Sequence record: NZ_CP119397.1
Length of the DNA: 64,000 bases
Reading direction: 5' to 3' (one strand)
DNA from: a plasmid
Shown here: positions 1 to 9,549 of the stretch, piece after piece
Numbering within the stretch: position 1 is the first letter of the stretch
Layout of the letters: every line of letters begins with the position of its first letter
Program-made: the position numbers and the translations under genes
The notes under the pieces: generated by a model
What the model saw: only the letters and a program-made list of their open reading frames with translations
What the model was told of the DNA's origin: nothing
Databases searched by the model: none

Positions 1-172
1 TAGATGAACAATCCGGGGCGGCAGGAATGGCGGCAGCGGGAGGCTGAAGCTGACGTGATAGATGCCCTGAACGCTGAGAATGACAAAAAACGGCCTGAGC
101 AAACCCAGATCAGAACAGCGCGTTTTTACCGGCGGGGGCATCATTCAACATGACGTTATCGGTAAGAGGGTT

Positions 173-1117
173 TCACGGCCGAGGTAATGCCCCTTTTTGG
201 GCTTTTTCAAAGCCCTGTTTGTTTATTCTCATTGGCGTCACCGGCATACCATAAAAATCAAACGCCTCTCCGGTAATGTCCCCGCCAAGCTGGGTAATAA
301 TCCTGACCGTTGTATCCCGGGCTTCGATGATTATCTCGTTATTGTGCTGGAAGCATTCTTTTAACGAGGTGAGGGCTAACCGTTTGCCTATCCCCATGCC
401 TCTGTATTCCGGCTCAACGGCAAAACGCCCCCAGTGACACTGATCATTTTCCTGCCAGCAGGCTACGGCGCCCAGCAGATATTCTCCCGAACGCGCTACC
501 CACCATTTGCCTGCGTATTCTTCAGGGATGCTGATGAGATGGTCAGGAATTTTCTGTTCATCAAAAAAGGTTTCACGTAAAAGACGGTCAACCTCTGAAC
601 GTTGGTTTTCCCGCAAACGCTCAATCAGGATCCTCTCCGGATTACGCGCACAGTTGCGGCGGAATGCCCCTTTACGGAACGTGCTTAAGCCTTTAACAAG
701 GGCTTCTACTTCATTATTTTCCATGTGCACATTGATAAAGCTCAGGTCTTTATCGGCTATGCTATTGGCTTTTGATAATGTTGCCTGGCCTGCCGTTGTG
801 ATTCGGAAGTGTTTAACCCGTTTGTCTTTTGATATAAAAAGCGACTCAGCATAATCCTTCTCTATCAAAGCCGTTAACATCCGGCTTAGCGAGGCTTTAT
901 CGATAGTTAACTGAATTTGAAGCTCATTGAATGACGTTATTCCGTTTTTGAACAAATAGGTGAGAAGATGAGCCTGCGTCAATGACAGTCCCGTCCCAAA
1001 ACAGTTTTTATCAAGTAACCCCAGCTCTCTGACGAGATAGCGTAATTCAGCCCGGATGTCATGAATATAAGACATAAATTCCCTTATTGTTGATACTATC
1101 AATTTTTTATTTAACAT
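173..1117 (-). CDS. Bifunctional MarR-family HTH regulator fused to a C-terminal GNAT N-acetyltransferase domain. The start may instead be the internal ATG at 1075 (MSYIHD...), which has a GGGA RBS.
   Basis: The N-terminal half has a winged-helix MarR-like pattern (LSLTQAHLLTYLFKNGITSFNELQIQL...SRMLTALIEKDY). The C-terminal half has the GNAT acetyl-CoA motif (FAVEPEYRGMGIGKRL). Two palindromic boxes lie just upstream. Confidence 0.75.
   Translation of the reverse strand: MLNKKLIVSTIREFMSYIHDIRAELRYLVRELGLLDKNCFGTGLSLTQAHLLTYLFKNGITSFNELQIQLTIDKASLSRMLTALIEKDYAESLFISKDKRVKHFRITTAGQATLSKANSIADKDLSFINVHMENNEVEALVKGLSTFRKGAFRRNCARNPERILIERLRENQRSEVDRLLRETFFDEQKIPDHLISIPEEYAGKWWVARSGEYLLGAVACWQENDQCHWGRFAVEPEYRGMGIGKRLALTSLKECFQHNNEIIIEARDTTVRIITQLGGDITGEAFDFYGMPVTPMRINKQGFEKAQKGALPRP
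1090..1102. promoter_or_regulatory. Palindromic box TTGATAcTATCAA (MarR-type operator candidate, copy 1).
   Basis: Perfect 6-bp inverted arms around a central base. With flanks, the sequence TTGATAGTATCAACAA is repeated in the opposite orientation 56 bp away. Confidence 0.45.
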
Positions 1118-1145
1118 GGGGTCGCAATGTTGTCAATAATATTGG

Positions 1146-1158
1146 TTGATAGTATCAA
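1146..1158. promoter_or_regulatory. Palindromic box TTGATAgTATCAA (MarR-type operator candidate, copy 2).
   Basis: Second copy of the same 16-nt palindromic motif, located upstream of the MarR-GNAT gene. Confidence 0.45.
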
Positions 1159-1204
1159 CAAAGTTGAATAACGGGTCTCCTGTGGCGGTGAAGCCTGTCT
1201 CTGC

Positions 1205-2035
1205 CTACATCTTTTGGCGATCTGCGCCGTAGGCCACGGCTTTCAGTGCGTGCAGCGCGTCCAGGCGCATCTGCAATGCCGCGTCAATATTGTCATAGGC
1301 GGTGCTGCCGAGCGGCAGGCGTAACAGGGGGCCGGCAGCATCAGCCGCGGTGATTATCGCCGTAACGCATTTTTGCGCATCCCCCTTAATCGCAAACTCA
1401 CCGCTCATCAGCGCTGCCCGCAGTTTTCCTGCTGCCGTCTCACGGTACACGGGTAAGGCATCAGCGATATCCAGCCCCGCACCAAACTGCGTCGCCGTCG
1501 GCCCCGGCTCTACCAGCAAGAAGTCGATGCCGAACGCCGCCACTTCCTGCCGCACCGCTTCGACAAAACCTTCTATGCCCCATTTAGTGGCGTGATACAC
1601 ACTGAAACCGGGATAAGCGATCTGGCCCCCTTCTGAGGAAACCTGCACGATACGGCCGCCGCCCTGTTGCCGCATAAACGGAATCACTGCGCGAATCAGC
1701 TGGATTGAGCCGGTGAGATTGGTCGCGATCTGCCGTTCAATCTGCCTGTCGTCCAGTTCTTCCGCTGCGCCAAACAGCCCATAAGCCGCGTTGCTCACCA
1801 CCACATCAATCCGCCCCGCCTGAGCAAATGCCGCTTCAACGAGGGGCCTGATGGTGGCCGTCTTACTGATATCAAGCACCACCACCTGCAAATTATCACC
1901 GTATTGCACGCGCATATCCTCTAATGCCGCTTCACGCCGGACACTTGCCACGACCCGATCGCCACGGGCCAGCAGGTTTTCACACATCAGGCGGCCCAGT
2001 CCGCTGGATGCGCCGGTAATCAGCCAGGTTTTCAT
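1205..2035 (-). CDS. SDR-family NAD(P)-dependent oxidoreductase.
   Basis: TGASSGLG Rossmann motif and a YxxxK-type catalytic region (YHATK). GGAG RBS 9 nt upstream of the ATG at 2035. Divergent from a LysR gene. Confidence 0.8.
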   Translation of the reverse strand: MKTWLITGASSGLGRLMCENLLARGDRVVASVRREAALEDMRVQYGDNLQVVVLDISKTATIRPLVEAAFAQAGRIDVVVSNAAYGLFGAAEELDDRQIERQIATNLTGSIQLIRAVIPFMRQQGGGRIVQVSSEGGQIAYPGFSVYHATKWGIEGFVEAVRQEVAAFGIDFLLVEPGPTATQFGAGLDIADALPVYRETAAGKLRAALMSGEFAIKGDAQKCVTAIITAADAAGPLLRLPLGSTAYDNIDAALQMRLDALHALKAVAYGADRQKM

Positions 2036-2135
2036 GATTTTCATCTCCGTTTAGTGAACTGACGTTCAGCTTAAAACAAATGATTGATGGCATAATCTCC
2101 CCAAACCGGCATGAGATGGTGTGAAATATTCAACA

Positions 2136-3038
2136 ATGAGACGCCCTTCCTGGAACGAATTACTGGCAGTAAAAACAGTGGCCGACCAGCGCAGTTTTCG
2201 CCGCGCTGCCGATGTGCTCGGGCTGAAACGTTCAACGCTCAGCCATACGATCAAAGGGCTGGAGACGGCGCTTGGCGTGCGGCTTTTCCACCGGACAACC
2301 CGAAGCGTGGCATTGACCGAAACCGGCGAAATGCTGATTGAACGCCTGGCACCGCTGCTCACCCAGATGGATGAGCTGCTGAACGACGTGACCGCCAGCG
2401 ACCATCAGCCCTATGGGACACTGCGCATCAGCGCCAGTGATGCCGCGATCAGCCTGCTGCTGGAAGCCATATTGCCGGCATTCATCCAGAAATATCCGGG
2501 GATTGAAATGGATGTCGTCGCGCAAGGCCAGTTGGTGGATATTGTGGAGCAGGGGTTTGATGCAGGCATACGGCTGTTTGAAGATGTGCCTAAAGATATG
2601 GTGGCCGTTTCCCTGAGCGGGCCGTTGCGCTTTGTTACGGTGGCCTCGCCTGATTACCTGGCCTCGCGGCCTGAAATTCAGCATCCACAGGATGTCATGC
2701 AGCACACCTGCTTACGGCAGCGCCTGCCGGGCGGGAAACGTTACCATTGGGAATATCAGCAGGATGAGCAACAGTTTGCCCTGGATGTTCCGGGCAGCCT
2801 GACCCTTAACAGCAGCGCGTTAATGGTTGAGGCGGCTGTTGCCGGGATGGGCCTGGCCTATGTGCCGGAGCGCTATGCCCGGCCGTGGCTGTCAACCCAA
2901 CAACTGGTAACGTTGTTAGACGACTGGACGATAGCGTCACAAGGTATGGCGCTCTACTTCCCGCAGAATCGTCATATGCCCGTCGCGTTACGGCTGTTTA
3001 TTGATACGGTAAACGCGACCCTGCGCCCCCGCCATTGA
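2136..3038 (+). CDS. LysR-family transcriptional regulator.
   Basis: N-terminal HTH (FRRAADVLGLKRSTLSHTIKGLE) and a LysR substrate-binding-like C-terminus. Divergent from the SDR gene. The ORF opens at a GTG at 2121; I chose the ATG at 2136. Confidence 0.8.
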   Translation: MRRPSWNELLAVKTVADQRSFRRAADVLGLKRSTLSHTIKGLETALGVRLFHRTTRSVALTETGEMLIERLAPLLTQMDELLNDVTASDHQPYGTLRISASDAAISLLLEAILPAFIQKYPGIEMDVVAQGQLVDIVEQGFDAGIRLFEDVPKDMVAVSLSGPLRFVTVASPDYLASRPEIQHPQDVMQHTCLRQRLPGGKRYHWEYQQDEQQFALDVPGSLTLNSSALMVEAAVAGMGLAYVPERYARPWLSTQQLVTLLDDWTIASQGMALYFPQNRHMPVALRLFIDTVNATLRPRH

Positions 3039-3131
3039 GTTCCGGCCCTGGTCATAAAATCACACGGGTGAAAAGGGATACCAGGCCCTGACAGGGGGCC
3101 GCTTTGTGCCGGAAGCGGACAGCAGGGCGGG

Positions 3132-4028
3132 CTAACGCAACCCAAGTGCCTCAATCACCGCGGCGATCTCCGCGCAATCCTGGGCAGAGAGCGGCTTCAG
3201 CGGGCGCGGTAAGCAGGTGGGGCTAACCAGCCCCAGCACCCCTGCCGCTGCGGCCATTACGCGGAGGCTGCCGCCGTGGCGGCGGAACAACGCCCACAGC
3301 GGTGCCAGGCGCTCAGTAAGGGCAGTAACCTGGGCCTTGTCACCACGGGCAGCGGCATCGGTGATGGCTTTTGCCGTCTGGGGGAACAGCCCGCCACACA
3401 CCGAGTACCAGACTTCGCAGCCCGCGTTCAGCCCCAGGCCCGCAAAGGCATCCCCGCTGATCCCGAGGGTCACCGTGGCCGGGATCTTTTCGCGCAGTTG
3501 CTGTACGCGGGCGTTGGCCGCGGCCGCTTCCGCAGGCACGCCGGGGATCTTGATGGAGCCAATGCGCGGCAGTGCGGCGATGCGGCCGTGCAGCTCATCA
3601 GAGAAGGTGAAATGGGTGGTGCCGGGGTTGTCATAAACGCAGACCGGCACGGAAACATGGCGCGATACGGTGTCAAACAGCCCGTAAACCTCCTCCTCCG
3701 TCAGCGTCTGGTAAGACATCGCCGGCAACAGCAGACCATCCGCCCCGGCGTGCTGGGCATCATCCGCCAGATCCAACACCTGGCGGGTGCTGACCGCCCC
3801 GATAGAGACCATCATCGGGATCGTCCCGGCCTGCGCTTTCGCCAGCGCCGCTACCCGTTTGCGCTGTTCACGGGTCAGGTAGGCGTAGCTCCCGGTTGAG
3901 CCGAGCACGCCCAGTGAATCCACCCCCGCGCTGACCAGGCGTTCCAGAAGGCGCTGGAACCCGGCATCGTCGATGTCGCCGTCCGGTGTGAACGGCGTCA
4001 GGGGGAAGGCACTTAATCCGTTGAACAT
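3132..4028 (-). CDS. Dihydrodipicolinate synthase/N-acetylneuraminate lyase (DapA) family protein.
   Basis: DapA-family fold signature (FPLTPFTPDG...GVLGSTGSYAYLT). AAGGAG RBS. Confidence 0.8.
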   Translation of the reverse strand: MFNGLSAFPLTPFTPDGDIDDAGFQRLLERLVSAGVDSLGVLGSTGSYAYLTREQRKRVAALAKAQAGTIPMMVSIGAVSTRQVLDLADDAQHAGADGLLLPAMSYQTLTEEEVYGLFDTVSRHVSVPVCVYDNPGTTHFTFSDELHGRIAALPRIGSIKIPGVPAEAAAANARVQQLREKIPATVTLGISGDAFAGLGLNAGCEVWYSVCGGLFPQTAKAITDAAARGDKAQVTALTERLAPLWALFRRHGGSLRVMAAAAGVLGLVSPTCLPRPLKPLSAQDCAEIAAVIEALGLR

Positions 4029-4072
4029 GGCAAACTCCTTCTTTTTTCGTGAGATGGAAAAGCGGGCGCGGG

Positions 4073-4942
4073 TCAGCGCCCTTTTTTCTTGCGGCCGGGC
4101 TGGGTAAAGCGCTTGCGCCCGGCCGGTGCGCCGCCGGATTTGTCCGCGCTTTTCGGCGCGCTGCCGGCGGGCTTTTTCACCTGCGGTTTGGCCTGCGCTT
4201 TTTTCGCCGGTTTATCTTCGGAGGTGGAGTTTTCAAGCAATTTGAAAAGGTCGATCAGCTCATCGTCGGTCAGGTCACGCCATTCGCCCTGCGGCAGCCC
4301 TTTCAGGCTGATGTTCATGATGCGCGTACGTTCCAGCTTGGTGACTTCATAGCCAAAATGCTGGCACATACGGCGGATCTGGCGGTTAAGCCCCTGCACC
4401 AGCGTGATGCGGAACACAAACGGTGCCTCTTTTTTCACTTTGCACTTTTTGGTGACCGTGCCGAGCATCGGCACCCCGGCGCCCATCCCGCGGATAAACT
4501 CGTCGGTGACCGGCTTATTCACCGTGACCACATACTCTTTTTCGTGATCGTTACCGGCTCGCAGGATTTTATTGACCAGGTCGCCGTGGTTGGTCAGCAG
4601 GATCAGCCCTTGTGAGTCTTTATCCAGCCGCCCGATAGGGAACACGCGTTTGCTGTGGTTCACAAAATCAACAATGTTGTCCTGCTCACCCTCTTCGGTG
4701 GTGCTGACGATCCCTACCGGTTTATTCAGCGCGATCAACACCAGATCTTCTTCATTGCGCGCTTCAATCAGCCGGCCGTTCACTTTCACCACATCCCCGG
4801 CCGAGACCTGATCGCCAATCGTTGCGCGTTTGCCGTTAATAAAAACCAGCCCTTGTTCAATGTAACGGTCGGCTTCGCGACGGGAGCAGATACCGCTCTC
4901 GCTGATGTATTTGTTAAGACGGGTGGTTGAATGGCTCAGCAT
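4073..4942 (-). CDS. rluF: 23S rRNA pseudouridine(2604) synthase RluF.
   Basis: S4 domain followed by the pseudouridine synthase core ([21 protein letters not shown]). A lysine-rich C-terminal tail typical of RluF/YjbC. GGAGG RBS. Confidence 0.85.
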   Translation of the reverse strand: MLSHSTTRLNKYISESGICSRREADRYIEQGLVFINGKRATIGDQVSAGDVVKVNGRLIEARNEEDLVLIALNKPVGIVSTTEEGEQDNIVDFVNHSKRVFPIGRLDKDSQGLILLTNHGDLVNKILRAGNDHEKEYVVTVNKPVTDEFIRGMGAGVPMLGTVTKKCKVKKEAPFVFRITLVQGLNRQIRRMCQHFGYEVTKLERTRIMNISLKGLPQGEWRDLTDDELIDLFKLLENSTSEDKPAKKAQAKPQVKKPAGSAPKSADKSGGAPAGRKRFTQPGRKKKGR

Positions 4943-5050
4943 GGTTCCTCCAAAAAAAACGGACTATACCCTACGCCCGGCAGGTTGCGAAGCCTGGCCG
5001 CGGGAAATCCGCGCAGGCGGCTGAAGCGCATACAGGCCGCAGCCGCCCGG

Positions 5051-5626
5051 CTATTTTTGCTGCTGCCGGAAGCGGGCCACTTTGGCGCGGTTGCCGCACA
5101 GCGCCATGCTGCACCAGCGGCGGCGATGCGCTTTGGTTTGGTCGTAGAACCACAGCGTGCATTCCGGATGCTCGCACTCCCGCACCCGCGCAAAATCCCC
5201 TTCTGCCAGCAAAGACGCCGCCCGTTCCGCCACCGGCCCCAGCAGCGCGGCCGGGGTCTGTTCCGGATAGACGCGCGTGATGTGCAGCGCGCCGTCTTCC
5301 CCGGTGATTAACTGGTTGCAGCCCCCGGCCGCCGCCAGCGCACGGTTCAGCGGCGTGACGTCCGGCGTGCGGCCGGCTTTTTTCTGCGCCACCAGCACCC
5401 GGAGGGTGTCACGCAACTGCCGTGCCTGATGCAGCAGCCCGCCGGGGGCAGCTGCCGCCGCGTGGCCTGCTGCCAGCCCGGCCTGCACCAGCCAGCGAAG
5501 GACATCCTCATCAGATTGCCAGGCGTCATGGGGTTCTCCCCCGGCTTGCGCCACGCTGTTGATGAAATCAAGCGCCGGGTGGTCGGCCAGAAAAAGCGGG
5601 CCGGTGGGGGTGGGGTGAAGAGACAT
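5051..5626 (-). CDS. CGNR zinc-finger (ABATE domain) protein, a putative stress-related regulator.
   Basis: The C-terminus has the CGNR motif (WCSMALCGNRAKVARFR) and a CxxC pair (CEHPEC). Divergent from a hydrolase gene. Confidence 0.7.
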   Translation of the reverse strand: MSLHPTPTGPLFLADHPALDFINSVAQAGGEPHDAWQSDEDVLRWLVQAGLAAGHAAAAAPGGLLHQARQLRDTLRVLVAQKKAGRTPDVTPLNRALAAAGGCNQLITGEDGALHITRVYPEQTPAALLGPVAERAASLLAEGDFARVRECEHPECTLWFYDQTKAHRRRWCSMALCGNRAKVARFRQQQK

Positions 5627-5698
5627 CAGATTCCTCAGGCAGTGTTAACGTCATCTGACTGTAACCGATAAACAGCAGGATGAACAGTTACGCGCGGC

Positions 5699-5790
5699 AA
5701 GTTGTAACCGTTAAAAATAACATTGACAGGTTACAAGATCCCGCCATACTGAAAATGTAACCTGTAAAACGCATTTTAACCGTTACAACC
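5699..5790. promoter_or_regulatory. Divergent promoter region with nested inverted repeats.
   Basis: Outer repeats TTGTAACCGTTAA / TTAACCGTTACAA. Inner perfect inverted repeat ACAGGTTACA / TGTAACCTGT. A TTGACA -35-like hexamer is embedded in the repeats. Confidence 0.4.
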
Positions 5791-5801
5791 CGGAGCCGCT
5801 T

Positions 5802-6689
5802 ATGACCATGTCCCCTGATTTCCCTGTGCGTTACCTGTTTGCTGAGGCCGATGGCGTGCGGGTGTTTTACCGCGAAGCCGGTGACCCGGCTAACCCCACG
5901 CTGTTGCTGCTGCACGGCTACCCCAGTTCCTCGCACCAGTTCCGGCAATTGATCCCGCTGCTGGCAGACCGTTTCCATCTGGTTGCCCCCGATCTGCCCG
6001 GCTTCGGTTTTACTGACGTCCCGGCCGCACGCCATTATCATTACCGGTTCGACACCCTGGCACAGACGCTCACGGCGTTTGTGGATGTGCTGGGGCTGAC
6101 GCGCTATGCGCTGTACGTGTTTGATTACGGTGCGCCGGTGGGGTTGCGGCTGGCGCTGAACTACCCGGAGCGGGTGAGCGGGCTTATCTCGCAGAACGGC
6201 AACGCCTACCTGGAAGGGCTGGGTGAGGCGTGGGCGCCGGTGCGCGCCTACTGGGACGATCCTTCGGCGGAAAACCGGCAAACGGTCAGCGACGCGATGC
6301 TGACCCTGGAAGGCACGACATGGCAGTACCTGCATGGCGTGAAAGACCCCGCCAGTGTGGCCCCGGAGGGGTATTACCTGGATACGCTGCTGATGGAACG
6401 CCCCGGCAACAAAGAGATTCAGCTGGATCTGTGCCTGGATTACGCCAACAACCTGACGCGCTACCCCGACTTCCAGGCGTTTTTCCGCCAGGCCCAACTG
6501 CCTACGCTGGTCATCTGGGGCGAGCACGATCCGTTCTTTATCCCGCCGGGCGCGCACGCCTATCAACGGGACAACCCCAATGCGGTGGTGGAACTGCTGG
6601 ACACCGGCCACTTTGCGCTGGAAACCCATGTGTATCATATCGCTGCCCGCATCCGGGACGTGATCGGCAGCGCGATCACAAACTCGTGA
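5802..6689 (+). CDS. Alpha/beta-fold hydrolase (epoxide hydrolase / haloalkane dehalogenase-like).
   Basis: HGYPSSSHQF motif plus an alpha/beta hydrolase nucleophile-elbow region. GGAG RBS. Confidence 0.8.
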   Translation: MTMSPDFPVRYLFAEADGVRVFYREAGDPANPTLLLLHGYPSSSHQFRQLIPLLADRFHLVAPDLPGFGFTDVPAARHYHYRFDTLAQTLTAFVDVLGLTRYALYVFDYGAPVGLRLALNYPERVSGLISQNGNAYLEGLGEAWAPVRAYWDDPSAENRQTVSDAMLTLEGTTWQYLHGVKDPASVAPEGYYLDTLLMERPGNKEIQLDLCLDYANNLTRYPDFQAFFRQAQLPTLVIWGEHDPFFIPPGAHAYQRDNPNAVVELLDTGHFALETHVYHIAARIRDVIGSAITNS

Positions 6690-6791
6690 ACAGGAATCCA
6701 CAATACGCCGTAATCCGCTATGGTGTGTGAGGGGCAAAAAAACACGCCGCCTCACACCGGGCCGGGTTGCGGCCATTATTGGGGAGAATGA

Positions 6792-7784
6792 GTGTTGAAA
6801 CAGAGAACCTTCGGCAAAACCGCACGCAGTGTGTCGGAAGTCGGCTTTGGGGCCTGGGCAATAGGCGGCACCTGGGGCGACGTCTCCCATGAGGATGCCA
6901 AACAGGCGCTGAATGCCGCGCTGGATGCCGGGATCACCTTTATCGATACCGCGGATGTCTACGGCGATGGCCGCTCAGAGAAGATCATCGCGGAAGTGCT
7001 GCGGGAGCGGGGAGGGGCGGCACCGTTTATCGCCACCAAACTCGGGCGGCGGCTCGACCCGCATGTGGCCGCAGGCTACAACAACGCACAGCGCCTCAAC
7101 GAGTTTGTGGATCGCTCACGTGAAAACCTGGGTATCGAGACGCTGGATCTGGTGCAACTCCACTGCCCGCCGACAGAGGTCTACTACCAGCCGGAGGTGT
7201 TCGGCATCATGGATGAGATGGTCGCCGCCGGGAAAATCCGCGCTTATGGCGTCTCGGTGGAGAAAATAGAGGAGGGGCTGAAGGCGATTGAGTTCCCGAA
7301 CGTCTCTTCGGTACAGATTATTTATAACCTGTTCCGCCAGCGCCCGGCGGAGTTGTTCTTCCGCGAGGCACAGCGGCGCAACGTCGCCATCATTGCACGG
7401 GTGCCGCTGGCTTCCGGCCTGCTGACCGGCAAAATGCGCGCTGACACCGCCTTCGCCGCGGATGACCACCGCGCCTTTAACCGCAACGGCGACGCTTTCG
7501 ATAAAGGCGAAACCTTCTCCGGCGTGCCGTTTGAGGTGGCGCTGGAGGCGGTGGAGGCTGTCCGCCGCTATGTGCCGGGTGACGCCACAATGGCGGAATT
7601 TGCCCTGCGCTGGATCCTGATGGAGCAGGCGGTGACGGTGGTAATCCCCGGCGCGAAAAACGCCCAACAGGCCGGGACCAATGCCCGCGCCAGTGCGCTC
7701 CCGGCGCTGGATGACGCCACCATGACGGCCCTGCGCGAAATCTACCAGACGCAAATCGCCCCCTGGGTGCATCAGCGCTGGTAA
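6792..7784 (+). CDS. Aldo/keto reductase family oxidoreductase.
   Basis: AKR signatures FIDTADVYGDGRSE and IRAYGVS. GGGGAG RBS. Confidence 0.85.
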   Translation: MLKQRTFGKTARSVSEVGFGAWAIGGTWGDVSHEDAKQALNAALDAGITFIDTADVYGDGRSEKIIAEVLRERGGAAPFIATKLGRRLDPHVAAGYNNAQRLNEFVDRSRENLGIETLDLVQLHCPPTEVYYQPEVFGIMDEMVAAGKIRAYGVSVEKIEEGLKAIEFPNVSSVQIIYNLFRQRPAELFFREAQRRNVAIIARVPLASGLLTGKMRADTAFAADDHRAFNRNGDAFDKGETFSGVPFEVALEAVEAVRRYVPGDATMAEFALRWILMEQAVTVVIPGAKNAQQAGTNARASALPALDDATMTALREIYQTQIAPWVHQRW

Positions 7785-7863
7785 GCCGCGCCGCTGTCAC
7801 ACGGCGGGCGCACTCCCGGTATGTCCGGGGCGCGCCCGCGTTATGCCTTTCAGGGGCCGGCGA

Positions 7864-9189
7864 TCAGCCCCGGCGTTTCACGTCCTGAACCTGCACGGCG
7901 GGGCGGTGTTTTACCCGGCCGGCGCAGGCTATCGCCAGGAGGGAAATCGCCACTGTGGCAAGCAGATACCACGCCACCGGTTCCCAGTCCCCGTCATATT
8001 TTGCCAGCAGCCCGGTCGCGATAAGGGGCGCGGTGCCGCCTGCCAGCGCCGCACCCAACTGGTAGCCGAGCGTAATGCCGGTATAGCGGACATTGGCACT
8101 GAAGATTTCAGAGCAGAGCGTACCGAGCACCGCCGTCACCGGCGCCCAGAGAATGCCGAAGGCAATCACCGTCGCCAGGACGATCCCCCAGGTGGTGCCG
8201 GTGTCGAGCAGCATAAACCAGGGCACGATAAACAGGCCGAGCACAAACACACTGACCGCATACATCCGCCGGCGGCCCACTTTATCGGACAGCAGCCCCA
8301 TCAGCGGGATCATGAACGTCGCCACCAGCGCCCCCAGGGTGACCGCCTCCAGCGCCTGCGATTTTTGGTAGGTGAGGGTGGTGGTGGCATAACTCACGAC
8401 AAAGGTTGAGAAAATATAGAATGGCGCGGTTTCCACCACTTTCAGCCCGGCGGCAATCAGCACTTCACGCCAGTGGTGTTTGAGGGTATCGCGCAGGGGC
8501 GCTTTGGCGACGTGGCCCGACTGTTTGATTTTCTTAAAGTCCGGGGTTTCATCAATCCCTTTACGGATCCACAGTCCCAGCAGAACCAGCACGGCACTCA
8601 ACAGGAAAGGAATGCGCCAGCCCCAGGAGAGGAACGCCTCTTCGCTGAACAGGGTCATCAGCGAGACGATGAAGGTGGCCATCAGCATCCCGATGGTCAC
8701 GCCCGCCTGCGGGATGCTGCCGAAAAAGCCTTTACGCTTCTCAGGTGCATACTCATAGGCCAGCAACAGCGCGCCGCCCCATTCACCGCCGATGCCGATC
8801 CCCTGGATTATCCGCATCAGGATCAGCAGGGCGGGCGCCCACATGCCGATCATCTCATAAGTGGGCAACAACCCGATCATCACGGTGGCACCGCCCATCA
8901 ATGACAGCGTCAGCACCAGCGTTTTCTTACGGCCAATCCGGTCGCCGATATGGGCGAAGATCACCCCGCCGATAGGGCGGATAAAGAACGTCAGGGAGAA
9001 GGAGAGATAGGAGAGGATAAGCCCGAGAACCGGGTCGACCATCGGGAAGAAAATCTTGTTAAACACCAGCGCTGCGGCGGTGCCGTACAGGAAATAATCG
9101 AACCATTCGATCGAGCTGCCCGTCAGGCTGGCAATTAATACTTTCTTATTTTTTCGTAGAACCGCCGTGCTGCTTTCTTGGTGTGTCAT
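7864..9189 (-). CDS. MFS transporter, metabolite:H+ symporter (MHS) family (ProP/ShiA/KgtP-like).
   Basis: N-terminal motif SSIEWFDYFLYG and a 12-TM hydrophobic profile. Confidence 0.8.
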   Translation of the reverse strand: MTHQESSTAVLRKNKKVLIASLTGSSIEWFDYFLYGTAAALVFNKIFFPMVDPVLGLILSYLSFSLTFFIRPIGGVIFAHIGDRIGRKKTLVLTLSLMGGATVMIGLLPTYEMIGMWAPALLILMRIIQGIGIGGEWGGALLLAYEYAPEKRKGFFGSIPQAGVTIGMLMATFIVSLMTLFSEEAFLSWGWRIPFLLSAVLVLLGLWIRKGIDETPDFKKIKQSGHVAKAPLRDTLKHHWREVLIAAGLKVVETAPFYIFSTFVVSYATTTLTYQKSQALEAVTLGALVATFMIPLMGLLSDKVGRRRMYAVSVFVLGLFIVPWFMLLDTGTTWGIVLATVIAFGILWAPVTAVLGTLCSEIFSANVRYTGITLGYQLGAALAGGTAPLIATGLLAKYDGDWEPVAWYLLATVAISLLAIACAGRVKHRPAVQVQDVKRRG

Positions 9190-9549
9190 GACCTTTTCCC
9201 CGCCGCAATGATAAGTGAGCAGGTGTCACCCGGCATGTTTCAGGTGCAACCTGTAAGATAAAAAAAGGTTGTTAATTTGTGAAGCAACTTAGGGGGTCTG
9301 GTTATTTTTGACAAGCCGACGCGGCCGCAAACTGGTCAGATCACGCTTAAATTACCAGCAACTTTTGCTTTGGAAGGGGGGTTATACGGAGAAAGATTTT
9401 GTATACCGCTTTACCGGCAGAATAATATGCAGGTGCAACCGCATGATTTTTGGATGTTTCTGGTTATTTCAAATTAATGACAAAAAGGATGCTGCCGGCC
9501 ACACTCTTCGTGGAGGGCAGCGGGGCAGGGCGGAAGGCCGGTAAACGCG

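Noticed and set aside
1-150. A 48-aa ORF (MNNPGRQEWRQREAEADVIDALNAENDKKRPEQ...) at the window start.
   Set aside because: It is short, has no RBS context visible, and no recognisable family. It may be a fragment or non-coding.
4054-4090. The GGGCGC-GGGTCA-GCGCCC hairpin with a T-run at the rluF 3' end.
   Set aside because: It overlaps the last codons of rluF, which encode the Lys-rich tail. It is probably incidental, so I did not call it a terminator.
5688-6890. A 400-aa ORF on the minus strand, together with many other long ORFs that run antisense to confidently assigned genes. Examples are 507-854, 1302-1595, 3276-3899, 7116-7772, 10505-11443, 19849-20622, 22476-23600, 28244-29221, 34520-35401, 36963-37616, 43146-43955, 45513-46595, 47330-48034, 48764-50044 and 58304-59272.
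   Set aside because: High-GC genomes generate long spurious antisense frames. Each fully overlaps a gene with clear family signatures and an RBS. None has an RBS or recognisable motifs. Their compositions are low-complexity, rich in Arg, Pro, Gly and Ala.
9308-9544. Small intergenic ORFs of 78 aa here, 60 aa at 19334-19516, 61 aa at 39455-39640, and 62 aa at 22282-22470.
   Set aside because: No RBS and no recognisable features. They lie in promoter/leader regions and are more likely non-coding.
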